A stretch of DNA of 64,000 nt from Turneriella sp. (GTDB taxonomy: Bacteria > Spirochaetota > Leptospiria > Turneriellales > Turneriellaceae): positions 480,001 through 544,000 of the forward strand of contig CBDIID010000003.1 in the NCBI GenBank assembly GCA_965279515.1, written 5' to 3'. The notes below the pieces were generated by a model. The model saw only the letters and a program-made list of their open reading frames with translations, was not told the origin of the DNA and made no database searches. Positions 35,858 through 44,417 of this stretch are shown here, in pieces. Position numbers and translations under genes: made by a program. The number at the start of each line of letters is the position of its first letter. The first letter of the stretch is position 1.

Positions 35858-36274
35858 ATGGCTGCGCTTGCCAACAAATCTTCGAAGCAACTTCGCGCAA
35901 TCTATGGCCTGGCGAAAAGCCTGGGCATGGACTCCGAGCTGCTGCACGATACCGTATTTTCTCTGACGAAACGAGCGAGCCTCGCCGACCTCACAAAGGG
36001 TGAGGCGACGCTCGTCGTTAAAACGCTCCTCAAGCATAAGAACCCCACGGCGCTACAACGCGCGAAGGGCAACGTCATCCAACTGGTGACACCTCGCCAG
36101 GTCGAAACGATCCAGGCGCTGGCGGCAAAGATGCTGTGGGGCGATTCTCAGATTGATGCGCTTGCAACGCGTATGTATAAACAACCTTTCCGACGCCTGC
36201 GCGTCAACCAGGCGCAGGGCCTTATCGAGGGCATGAAATCGATACTCGAACGAAAAGGAACGGTAGCATCATGA
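35858..36274 (+). CDS. GemA/DUF1018-like regulatory protein
   Basis: IYGLAKSLGMD..SLADLT..QAQGLIEGMK. Confidence 0.8.
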   Translation: MAALANKSSKQLRAIYGLAKSLGMDSELLHDTVFSLTKRASLADLTKGEATLVVKTLLKHKNPTALQRAKGNVIQLVTPRQVETIQALAAKMLWGDSQIDALATRMYKQPFRRLRVNQAQGLIEGMKSILERKGTVAS

Positions 36275-36390
36275 ATAAAAAAATGTGGGATTATCTTGCT
36301 GAAGACTACGAAAACCCGGAGGATCAATTTAACGCGTTTTTCGACTTAGCAGATAAGCGAAAAGCCAGAGCAAGGCGGCGCCGTAAATGA
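36271..36390 (+). CDS. 39-aa hypothetical protein; not in ORF track
   Basis: ATGA coupling at both ends. Confidence 0.5.
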   Translation: MNKKMWDYLAEDYENPEDQFNAFFDLADKRKARARRRRK

Positions 36391-36722
36391 CGGCCATCAT
36401 CGATTCAGTAGATCTCGGGGCCGGGCCGATTTATTCGGCCCGGATCGTGGGCCTTACGGTCTCCGAAGCCGATTTCCTGAAGTCGCTCTGCGACACAGTA
36501 AAGCGCGATCAGATGGAACTTCCGCAGCACTCGAACCACGAAGTGATTCTCGATGCGGCGATGAAGCTCTGCGACCAATTCGGCAAAGACGATCCAGAAT
36601 ACACGACCGCGGCCGTACGCTTAGCCGCGCTATCGCTGCAGGCAGTGCGCCTGGCTGCGCTGTCACTGCGGATCGCAACCGAAGGCGAAGAGGCGTTCGA
36701 TATCTCCAGGGGGCGCGAATGA
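36387..36722 (+). CDS. Hypothetical protein with tandem AVRLAALSL repeat
   Basis: Coupled ORF in early operon. Confidence 0.6.
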   Translation: MTAIIDSVDLGAGPIYSARIVGLTVSEADFLKSLCDTVKRDQMELPQHSNHEVILDAAMKLCDQFGKDDPEYTTAAVRLAALSLQAVRLAALSLRIATEGEEAFDISRGRE

Positions 36723-37204
36723 AAAAATCCGCATTCATTTCCGATTGCGGCAAGTATCGATATGTACTCCACAGAAAGTGGGGCATCGATGAGAAAAACT
36801 TCGTCGCTTTCGTTATGCTGAACCCGAGCACTGCTGATGCTCGCGTCGACGATCCGACAATTCGCCGATGTATAGATTTCTCTCAGCGGTGGGGTTTCGA
36901 CGCGCTGGCGGTGGTTAATCTATTCGCATTTCGTGCAACTGATCCACGAGATCTTCGTAAAACCGACGATCCTATCGGACCAAAGAACGATGATTTTCTA
37001 CAGACAATTACCCGGTCTGCGAAAATGACAATCGCCGCTTGGGGCACCAAGGGTAATTTCATGGATCGAGACCAGAGTTGCGGAAAGTTTCTGCCTTTCC
37101 TGTATTGCCTCGAACTCACGAAGGATGAAATGCCAAAGCATCCGCTCTACGTGAAGAAAGACACGAGGCCGCAGCCCTTCGGCAGAATCGGGGGTAAGTT
37201 ATGA
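36719..37204 (+). CDS. DUF1643 family protein
   Basis: CGKYRY, MLNPSTAD..DDPTIRRC, NLFA.RATDP, AAWG, PKHPLY. Confidence 0.9.
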   Translation: MKKSAFISDCGKYRYVLHRKWGIDEKNFVAFVMLNPSTADARVDDPTIRRCIDFSQRWGFDALAVVNLFAFRATDPRDLRKTDDPIGPKNDDFLQTITRSAKMTIAAWGTKGNFMDRDQSCGKFLPFLYCLELTKDEMPKHPLYVKKDTRPQPFGRIGGKL

Positions 37205-37413
37205 AAACCTTCAAAGGCAGAATCAGCATCCAACGCCGCGACATGATCCAGGTAAACTCGCCGTTCAAAATCGAAGCGATCGGCCTGCCCGAAGCGCTGC
37301 TGGAACTCTTCCGCCGCGAAGGACAACGCGGCGCGATCATGGGATTTTCGATCACGGACATCAATCTGAAAAAGGCACGCGCGAAGTTTCTCAAAGAGGA
37401 GTACAACAAGTGA
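37201..37413 (+). CDS. Small hypothetical protein
   Basis: Coupled ORF. Confidence 0.55.
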   Translation: MKTFKGRISIQRRDMIQVNSPFKIEAIGLPEALLELFRREGQRGAIMGFSITDINLKKARAKFLKEEYNK

Positions 37414-37568
37414 GCTACCATTCAGATCAATGGGATGTATGCCCCGAATGCGGATCGGATGATATCTACGCTTCTGAGGATACCGATAGTGCGGACGACA
37501 CCGACCTTTACCAGTTTTGCGAAAGCTGCGGTCACACAGATCTTGAGGATATCGACGATGAGTATTGA
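37410..37568 (+). CDS. 52-aa highly acidic zinc-ribbon protein; not in ORF track
   Basis: GAGGAG SD, GTGA coupling; CPEC and CESC; 18 D/E, no K/R. Confidence 0.7.
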   Translation: MSYHSDQWDVCPECGSDDIYASEDTDSADDTDLYQFCESCGHTDLEDIDDEY

Positions 37569-37770
37569 GAAGAAACCGCGCCGCCGCGGGCCAATGCCTG
37601 GCGAGCAGCGCTGCAAGCCGGGAGAAAAAAAGCGCATCGACGAATGGTGGGAACGCCTGAAGAAGAAACACGCTGGCAAATCCCGCCTGAAGAAATCCAT
37701 CAAGCCACCGATCTTTCTGAATTTCCCAGAGCTACGCAAGAAGAGAGCAGCGAAGGCTGGTGAAGAATGA
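37558..37770 (+). CDS. Small basic protein (start corrected to MSIEKK)
   Basis: GAGGA SD; Lys/Arg-rich. Confidence 0.55.
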   Translation: MSIEKKPRRRGPMPGEQRCKPGEKKRIDEWWERLKKKHAGKSRLKKSIKPPIFLNFPELRKKRAAKAGEE

Positions 37771-37985
37771 GACAGATCAGCGGCACAATTAAAGCCAACG
37801 CCACGCGCTCCCGCAACGGCGCCAAGTGGAACGAGATCACGATCGACGTCGACGGCAAAGGCGAGCGCGACTACATCCACAAGGCAACGATCCGCGGCGT
37901 GAAGGCATACGCCGATGCGCGCGGCGCTGACCAGGTGCAGGATCTGGTCGGAACCACGATCACACTGGAGTTCGAAGAGAAATGA
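37767..37985 (+). CDS. Small hypothetical protein
   Basis: Coupled ORF. Confidence 0.55.
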   Translation: MRQISGTIKANATRSRNGAKWNEITIDVDGKGERDYIHKATIRGVKAYADARGADQVQDLVGTTITLEFEEK

Positions 37986-38149
37986 AGATCCTCTGCACCC
38001 GTTGTGGTAACGCGTTCAGCAACGCATCCGGCCCGTGCTGCGGCAATTGCGGCCAAAATAGCCGATCAATACTTGAGCGGTTATCCACGAGGATTTCGAC
38101 CGAGTTTTGGATCTTACGATCAAAGGTGCGTACATGGCTAAGCCGATAG
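37982..38149 (+). CDS. 55-aa zinc-finger-like protein; not in ORF track
   Basis: CTRC...CGNC; ATGA coupling. Confidence 0.5.
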   Translation: MKILCTRCGNAFSNASGPCCGNCGQNSRSILERLSTRISTEFWILRSKVRTWLSR

Positions 38150-38382
38150 AGATCCTGGGCGCCGAAGGCTACGCCGAGCTCCGCGAGCAGGCCAGGGAAG
38201 CAATCAACGATGCGCTGATCCTGATCCAGGGGAATAATAGCAACTACGAGTGCAACGGCAGGCTGCGCATCCGCAGCATCCCGACGCACATCGAGTACGA
38301 ATTCGACGGCGTTCCCTTTAAGGCGTTCCTGGCCTCGCGCTCTCCAGATGAGACGGCAGGCGCAGCACCATCACGGCGGTAA
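38134..38382 (+). CDS. Hypothetical protein
   Basis: AAGGTG SD; in operon. Confidence 0.5.
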   Translation: MAKPIEILGAEGYAELREQAREAINDALILIQGNNSNYECNGRLRIRSIPTHIEYEFDGVPFKAFLASRSPDETAGAAPSRR

Positions 38383-38384
38383 CA

Positions 38385-38606
38385 ATGGGGATCCAGGCGA
38401 AACTCTTCGAGGATCTGCAGGAGAATAAAGCCATCGCCGCGCGGCACAAGCAAGCCGTCGCCGATCGTGAGGTTGCGCGGTGGTTGATGCGAGCTTTCGA
38501 CGACGAGCGCGATGAAATAGTCGACCTCATGCAGTATGACAACATGACGCTTTACGAAGCAATAAAATTCTGTATGGAGAATCCACGCGACGAGGACTGC
38601 TGGTGA
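38385..38606 (+). CDS. Hypothetical protein
   Basis: In operon; acidic and helical. Confidence 0.55.
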   Translation: MGIQAKLFEDLQENKAIAARHKQAVADREVARWLMRAFDDERDEIVDLMQYDNMTLYEAIKFCMENPRDEDCW

Positions 38607-38974
38607 ATACCGACGAACCTGAATTCACCGGTGTCGGGTTGAAGGTTTTACAGGAGGAAGAAGCCAGAGACCGTCGCCATCCATTCAACAGCTTCACATT
38701 TATCGGCCCTTGGGAATGCTGGTCTTGCCTCTGGCATTCCTTTCTGCCGACCGTTGGGGAATTTCTCCGGACCTGCGAATGGGCGAAGTCCTATGTATGG
38801 GGATCTGGTGGATACCCAGAGAAGCATCGCAAGGAGCATTACGATCACGCGCGCTGCATATGGTGCGGCGCCGGCTCCGCGAGGCTTATTGATTCTCTCC
38901 AGGGCAAGAAGAACAGGGGGAGCATCCCTCATGATCGTTTAACTCGCAAATCAAAGCAGGTCGTCGTTCGGTAA
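38603..38974 (+). CDS. Cys/Trp-rich hypothetical protein, last phage gene
   Basis: CWSC and CIWC; GTGA coupling. Confidence 0.5.
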   Translation: MNTDEPEFTGVGLKVLQEEEARDRRHPFNSFTFIGPWECWSCLWHSFLPTVGEFLRTCEWAKSYVWGSGGYPEKHRKEHYDHARCIWCGAGSARLIDSLQGKKNRGSIPHDRLTRKSKQVVVR

Positions 38975-39112
38975 TATGCCCGATTTCAGAATAAAAGGAA
39001 ACGGTTCTTCTGCCACCAGCAGACAAAACGTCTCGTTTCCTGTCGACGCCAGCCGTCAAGTCTCGACAAAAACATGTCAAAAATAGCCGATTTTCCTCGG
39101 TTTCCGTTCGAT

Positions 39113-39163
39113 ATTTGTCTCATTTAATTAGCTTTTTGTCTGTAACTATATCGAGGGGGGACA
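39113..39163 (-). repeat. Right terminal inverted repeat
   Basis: Reverse complement TGTCCCCCCTCGATATAGTTACAGACAAAAAGCTAATTAAATGAGACAAAT aligns to the left end. Confidence 0.8.
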
Positions 39164-39218
39164 GAGGGAAACTCCATGTTCCCCTCTCCCTATAAGGGAG
39201 AAGGGCCGGGGGTGTGGG
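39164..39218. repeat. Right target duplication (GAGGGA) plus right half of the REP-like element
   Basis: CCCCTCTCCCTATAAGGGAGAAGGG palindrome; inverted relative to 2021..2053. Confidence 0.8.
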
Positions 39219-39900
39219 TTCTACTCCCAAATATCGCTGAGCCAATGCGTACGTGCGTCGCTCCCTCTGCAATGGCATACTCGTAATCACCGGACATCCC
39301 CATCGAAAGCATGCCCTGGTAGCCGGTAAAAATGCGCCGCGCCTGCAGTTTTTCAGAAAGGTCACGCAGAGTCGCAAAAGCCGAGCGGATCGTCTTCTCG
39401 TCCGTGGTATTTTCAGCCATCGTCATGAGACCCAGCACATCAATCGACGGGCAGCGTGCCACCATATCAATCAGGGCATCAAAGTCGGCAATGGCGACTC
39501 CGGACTTGTTCGCCTCGTGGCTGCAGTTGACCTGGATCAAAGTGCGTATTTTCTCACCCAATGCGCCAAACTGCTGCTGCAGTTTTTCGGCCAGCGAATT
39601 GCGGTCCAGCGAATGCAGGATCACATCAGAGGTCAGGAGTTTTACCTTATTCGTCTGCAATTGCCCAATCAGGTGCCAGTGGATGCCGCTGATACGCGCA
39701 CCCTTTTGTTTGTCGACGAGCTCGCCAATGCGGTTCTCGGCAAAATCTTTTTGTCCCAGCGTCGCGATCTCTTCGACCTGGGTGACGGGATGGGTTTTCG
39801 AGACCGCTATCAAATGCACATCTTCGGCTGCGCGCCCTGCTTTGGCACAGGCCGCGGCGATGCTTTCCAGCACACGGTGGTAGTTATCGTGAAGGCTCAA
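39190..39900 (-). CDS. yggS: PLP homeostasis protein YggS
   Basis: LIAVSKT, WHLIGQLQTNK, LSMGMSGDY, VRIGSAIFG. Confidence 0.95.
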   Translation of the reverse strand: MSLHDNYHRVLESIAAACAKAGRAAEDVHLIAVSKTHPVTQVEEIATLGQKDFAENRIGELVDKQKGARISGIHWHLIGQLQTNKVKLLTSDVILHSLDRNSLAEKLQQQFGALGEKIRTLIQVNCSHEANKSGVAIADFDALIDMVARCPSIDVLGLMTMAENTTDEKTIRSAFATLRDLSEKLQARRIFTGYQGMLSMGMSGDYEYAIAEGATHVRIGSAIFGSRTHTPGPSPL

Positions 39901-41393
39901 GGACCCGCAAACCCCGGGGTTGCCACAACGCCGTCTGCCGCGAGGCTACCCTGGTAACCCGTATTGATATTCGATGCATCGTAACCCGCATCCGCGGTAC
40001 TCGTTTGCACCAAGGTCGCGCAATCCGCTACGGGTGTACTAATCGCGTTCAGGCGGAGCGAGCGCTTCGGCAAACCCGCGCCACCGTTCGATGAGGCGGC
40101 ATTCCAGTTATTATAGGCGCATGCCATGGAATGTATGGTATTTCCAGATGCATCTTTGATTGTCATGGCACTCTCGCCGCCATTCGCCAGCGAAATGCCG
40201 CTGGTTTGAAAATCCAGCTTTTTAAATGCCTTGGCGGTGCTTTTGCCGACGGTCAGCACACCATTGGCCTTGATGGTCGTGCAGATCGGAAAGGATATTT
40301 CATTGCTGCTGCTGCCAACACCACCGAAACGCCAGCCGGTGAGAATCACGTCAAAGCTGTTCTTATTATAGATTTCAAAAAACTCATCGTCAGTGACGGC
40401 GGTGGCCGTACTGTCTTCGCTGCCCTGCCAGAGAAACTCGCTGTAATAGATCGTGTTTGCCGCAACACCTGTTGTCGGCCTGCAACCGGCGAAGGGATCA
40501 TACCAGGTCGAATAATCCGGAATATCATAGACGCTGCCGGCTTTGTCATACGGCCCTTCTGCGAGAAGTTTGACATTGATTTCAATGCGCGGCGACACCA
40601 GGTCAGGTTCAATCGGGCGCTTCCAGCCCGAGGAAGCAACATCGAAACGATCTTCGGAATCAGCTGCGGTTTTCATGGCATTGAAGTGCACGGCGAAATA
40701 TGCGTAATACCGGTCACCATCCTGGACCGGGTGGTTGAGGCTGTTAAAGAGATTATAGTCCAGGATATACGACGAAGCGTAACCTTTGCCGTCGGTAGCG
40801 TAAACCTGCAAAGTGTATGTCGTCAGGTTTTTATTAAAATACCGTATGGGGTGCGCGTTCACTCCGCATTCAAACTTATTGTAATTGGGATTTCCCTGGA
40901 AGGGATTGCGGATGCACTGCCAGACATCGGCGTCCGGAAAACCCGCCGGGTCAGCGGGTTTTGTCGACGGATAGGTATGGCCCTCATCGGCAATCAGGGT
41001 CGGATAATACGAGTTAAAATCCGCATCGTACCCAAAATGTCCTGGCTCGTTGGTGAATCCCAATGAATCGACTTTTTCATTTTTGAAAATCAGGCCATCC
41101 TCACACTTCTTGCGGTCGGCCGCGGCGGTACAACTCAGGCTATAATCTTTTTTCTTGAAGAGATAGAGGGAGATCATGCTCTGCTCGGTAAAACGCGAAT
41201 CGCCGGAGATGCCCCGGTTCGAGAGGTTGGCAACGATTTGACCGGCGGCCGTCTGTTGCACGGCGCCCTGGTTCGGCGGTTCAGACCCATTCGAGCCCGC
41301 CTTGCAATAAAATGCACCGCCAAGCAAAAAGCAAACGAATGCAATGCGGAGTAACCCCACACCGCAGCCCATCCGCCGCTGATAAAACGGCAA
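39897..41393 (-). CDS. Probable lipoprotein with lamin-tail domain
   Basis: Hydrophobic leader ending AFYC; EFFEIYN..LTGW..SLANGG motifs. Confidence 0.65.
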   Translation of the reverse strand: MPFYQRRMGCGVGLLRIAFVCFLLGGAFYCKAGSNGSEPPNQGAVQQTAAGQIVANLSNRGISGDSRFTEQSMISLYLFKKKDYSLSCTAAADRKKCEDGLIFKNEKVDSLGFTNEPGHFGYDADFNSYYPTLIADEGHTYPSTKPADPAGFPDADVWQCIRNPFQGNPNYNKFECGVNAHPIRYFNKNLTTYTLQVYATDGKGYASSYILDYNLFNSLNHPVQDGDRYYAYFAVHFNAMKTAADSEDRFDVASSGWKRPIEPDLVSPRIEINVKLLAEGPYDKAGSVYDIPDYSTWYDPFAGCRPTTGVAANTIYYSEFLWQGSEDSTATAVTDDEFFEIYNKNSFDVILTGWRFGGVGSSSNEISFPICTTIKANGVLTVGKSTAKAFKKLDFQTSGISLANGGESAMTIKDASGNTIHSMACAYNNWNAASSNGGAGLPKRSLRLNAISTPVADCATLVQTSTADAGYDASNINTGYQGSLAADGVVATPGFAGP

Positions 41394-41480
41394 TCACTTT
41401 ACCGTAACTGTCCCGGGGAAAATCCCGCACCCCCATTTTGCGAAGCATTGACGCGGTGTGTCAAAAGCCTGCCCTGCCTT

Positions 41481-41918
41481 ATGAATGAAACTATGTTTAC
41501 TATAGCCCAAGCAGCACCTGTACCGGTAACAACCCCCGGCGCTGCACCAGCGGCAGCCCCGGGTGCAGCACCCGCCGCAGGCTCTGCAACAACAGCAGCG
41601 CCTGGTACAGCAGCAAAACCCGCACAGGGTGGCGACATGTCGAGCGCACTTTCGAGCTTCGCACTTCCCGTGCTGATGATCGTGGTATTTTATTTCCTGC
41701 TGATTCGTCCCCAGCAAAAGCGTGAAAAAGAGAAACAAAAACAACTCAAGGCCATGGAAAAAGGCGACCGCGTACTGACAGCGGGCGGCATCTACGGCAC
41801 TGTTGTTGGCGTGAAGCCTGAAGAGAACCTCGCGATCATTAAAATCGCTGACGACGTCAAAGTCGAAGTGGCGATCTCAACGCTGAACGGCGTTATCAAC
41901 AAAGCTTCGGCAGCCTGA
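41481..41918 (+). CDS. yajC: Preprotein translocase subunit YajC (start uncertain)
   Basis: FYFLLIRPQQK and GDRVLTAGGIYG. Confidence 0.92.
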   Translation: MNETMFTIAQAAPVPVTTPGAAPAAAPGAAPAAGSATTAAPGTAAKPAQGGDMSSALSSFALPVLMIVVFYFLLIRPQQKREKEKQKQLKAMEKGDRVLTAGGIYGTVVGVKPEENLAIIKIADDVKVEVAISTLNGVINKASAA

Positions 41919-41939
41919 TTTTCAGGCGGATAGCCTTAA

Positions 41940-42518
41940 GTGAAGCGCGCGCTGATCGTATTGAGTATTTTGTTGGCTATGGCTCAGGTGAGCTACGCCG
42001 TTTCCGCCCCAGATGACCTTATGTCAGGCGGAAACCCAGAGGCCTCGTACCTCACGCAAAATATCTTCGATGACGAAGCTCTCGAAAAGCCTGAGGTGAA
42101 ACCCGCAAAGCCGGCAGACGATTCTGCAAAACCTGCCGCCAAACCTGGCAAGAAAAAGAAAAAGGCTAAGAAAAAGAAGAAATCCGCAGCTAAGGAAACC
42201 ACTGCAAGCAGTGGTAGCTCCTATTCACCGGAAGAAGTTGCCCGCGCTTCGTATGCCTGGGCGCCTGAAACCGAGCCTGTCGTTATCTCCACTCTTGCCC
42301 CTGGCATGAAAGGTTTGCCGGTCAAAGATTCGGCAAGACCCGTGGCCGTTGCCATGAAGCCCGAAACCATCGATGAGAAGCCTTCGCCACAGGGTGGCGG
42401 CGGCTTCAAATTGCCGCAAATACCCCTGGCGCAGGTTTTAATTGTCGCCGGGTTTGTAATTTTGTTTCTGATCTACCGCTTCCGCGTGGGCAGACAAATA
42501 AAACGTAAAAGATATTAA
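41940..42518 (+). CDS. Exported Lys-rich protein with C-terminal TM anchor in the sec operon
   Basis: Signal peptide, poly-Lys tract, C-terminal TM plus basic tail. Confidence 0.7.
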   Translation: MKRALIVLSILLAMAQVSYAVSAPDDLMSGGNPEASYLTQNIFDDEALEKPEVKPAKPADDSAKPAAKPGKKKKKAKKKKKSAAKETTASSGSSYSPEEVARASYAWAPETEPVVISTLAPGMKGLPVKDSARPVAVAMKPETIDEKPSPQGGGGFKLPQIPLAQVLIVAGFVILFLIYRFRVGRQIKRKRY

Positions 42519-42527
42519 GGAATTCCC

Positions 42528-44417
42528 GTGAGTGCACAAGTTCGTTTCTTTTTGATCGTGATTGTTGTGGGGTTATCGGTCGCCCTGATTTGGCCGAATA
42601 TCGGCGAGCGTACGATTCGGCTCTATGCCAATGAGACGCTGCCCGACCCCAAGCGCGAAGAAATTCTTCAGCGCGCTGAAAAGTATGTGGCCGATAACTA
42701 CAAGGGCAAGTACAAGACAGAACGCAAAACCGGCAAGCCGATCGGCAACCCAAAAGCCGCCGACGAAGCTTATCTCAGCATCACAGGCAAATTTGTACAG
42801 ACCGCATTTTTAAACGAACTCGGTCGCCTCGAGGGCATCGACGCCAGCCGTGTCGCGCTCGAACCAATGTGGGTCGAAGAAAACCTTAAGGCAAAACCCT
42901 TTAAACTGGGCCTCGACCTCCAGGGCGGTATGAACCTCGTGCTCGAGGGCGACTTTAAGAAACTCGAAGAGCAGCTCAAACGCCAGTACCCACCCGAGCT
43001 TGTGACACAGACCCAGAAGCAAATGGAAGCGGAAAAAGATCCGGAAAAAAAGAAAACCCTGCAGAATAAACTCGAAGAAATCAAGAATGCCTTTGATTTC
43101 ACACCGCAGCGCCGCAAACAGGATGTTGAAGGCGCCAAAGAAATCTTAAGCTCGCGTATCAATGCCAGCGGTGTTTCAGAGCCGCTCATCCGTCTCCAGG
43201 GCAATGAGCAAATCGAAATCTCGCTCCCCGGTGTTGCGAACCCCGACCAGGCGAAAAAACTCATCGCTTCGACCGCGCGCGTCGCCTACCACCTGCATGA
43301 CCCGGCGGGCGATGCAGGCCGTCTGACGCAGGAAGCCAACCGCGAATTCCCGGATTTCCTCAAGCAGGACACTGAGTTCAAGAAGCAGGAGTTTATCCGC
43401 AAGCTTGAAGCCAAACTCAAATTCCCGAAAAATTTAGGTGTCTATCTCTATTATGATAAAAAGGCCAATACGCGGGGTGTCGGCGAATGGCAGCCACGCG
43501 AGTTTATGGTGCTGGAAAACCAGCCCGTCTTAACCGGTGACGCGATGAGCCGCACGGTCTATGCAACGGTTGACCCTGAAAAGGGCCAGAACATTGTCAG
43601 CTTCGAGCTGACAGCCGCAGGCACAGACACGTTTGCCAAAGTTACTTCTGAAAATAAAGGTAAACTTTTAGCCATCCTCATCGATAGCCGCATACGCTCG
43701 GCGCCGCAGATCAATGAACCGATCTTGGGTGGCCGCGGACAGATCAGCGGTAACTTCACAGGCCAGGAAGCGAACGACCTCGCGCTCATCATTAAAGAAG
43801 GAGCGCTACCCGTTCCGATGACGATCGTCGAAGAACGCTCTGTTGGGCCGACACTCGGACAGGAAGCTATCGATGCCGGGGTGAAGGCGATCCTCATTGG
43901 TTTTATGCTGGTTTTTGCTTATATGCTGCTGTATTATCACGGCGCCGGGTTTGTGGCCAGCCTATCGCTGCTCATCAACCTTTTGCTCATGTCGGCGATC
44001 TTTGCGCTGATGGACTTTACCATCACGCTGCCGGGTCTTGCCGGGGTGGTACTCACCATGGGTATGGCGGTCGACTCGAACGTTATTATCTATGAGCGTA
44101 TCCGCGAAGAACTCGCGCGCGGTAAATCGGTGAAACTCGCCGTGGCGGCGGGTTTTGAGCGCGCGACGCTGACGATCATCGACAGTAACCTCACAACACT
44201 CATTGCCGCAATCATTCTGGCATCGAAACTGGGTGTTGGCCCGATCAAAGGCTTCGGTGTAACGCTGTTCGTGGGTATCGTGACAACGCTCTTCACAGCG
44301 CTCATTGTCACGCGCGCCGTTATGGAATGGCTTGCGTACACGATCGAAATTAAATCGCTCTCGATAGGTTTCGGTAAACACCGCAAAGCCTCTAAACTTT
44401 CGGCAGGTAAAGTATGA
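42528..44417 (+). CDS. secD: Protein translocase subunit SecD
   Basis: LGLDLQGG, VGPTLG, GMAVDSNVIIYERIREE. Confidence 0.96.
   Translation: MSAQVRFFLIVIVVGLSVALIWPNIGERTIRLYANETLPDPKREEILQRAEKYVADNYKGKYKTERKTGKPIGNPKAADEAYLSITGKFVQTAFLNELGRLEGIDASRVALEPMWVEENLKAKPFKLGLDLQGGMNLVLEGDFKKLEEQLKRQYPPELVTQTQKQMEAEKDPEKKKTLQNKLEEIKNAFDFTPQRRKQDVEGAKEILSSRINASGVSEPLIRLQGNEQIEISLPGVANPDQAKKLIASTARVAYHLHDPAGDAGRLTQEANREFPDFLKQDTEFKKQEFIRKLEAKLKFPKNLGVYLYYDKKANTRGVGEWQPREFMVLENQPVLTGDAMSRTVYATVDPEKGQNIVSFELTAAGTDTFAKVTSENKGKLLAILIDSRIRSAPQINEPILGGRGQISGNFTGQEANDLALIIKEGALPVPMTIVEERSVGPTLGQEAIDAGVKAILIGFMLVFAYMLLYYHGAGFVASLSLLINLLLMSAIFALMDFTITLPGLAGVVLTMGMAVDSNVIIYERIREELARGKSVKLAVAAGFERATLTIIDSNLTTLIAAIILASKLGVGPIKGFGVTLFVGIVTTLFTALIVTRAVMEWLAYTIEIKSLSIGFGKHRKASKLSAGKV

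Larger units (their letters stand above)
2054..39163. mobile_element. Transposable Mu-like prophage with contractile tail, 37,110 bp, apparently complete
   Basis: TGT...ACA ends, 6-bp duplication, terminal inverted repeats; DDE transposase, AAA ATPase, Gam, GemA, repressor, and full head, tail and baseplate modules. Confidence 0.95.

Noticed and set aside
37435..37557. N-terminal part of the 111-aa ORF in the track
   Set aside because: Better explained by the acidic zinc-ribbon ORF 37410..37568 in another frame plus a start at 37558
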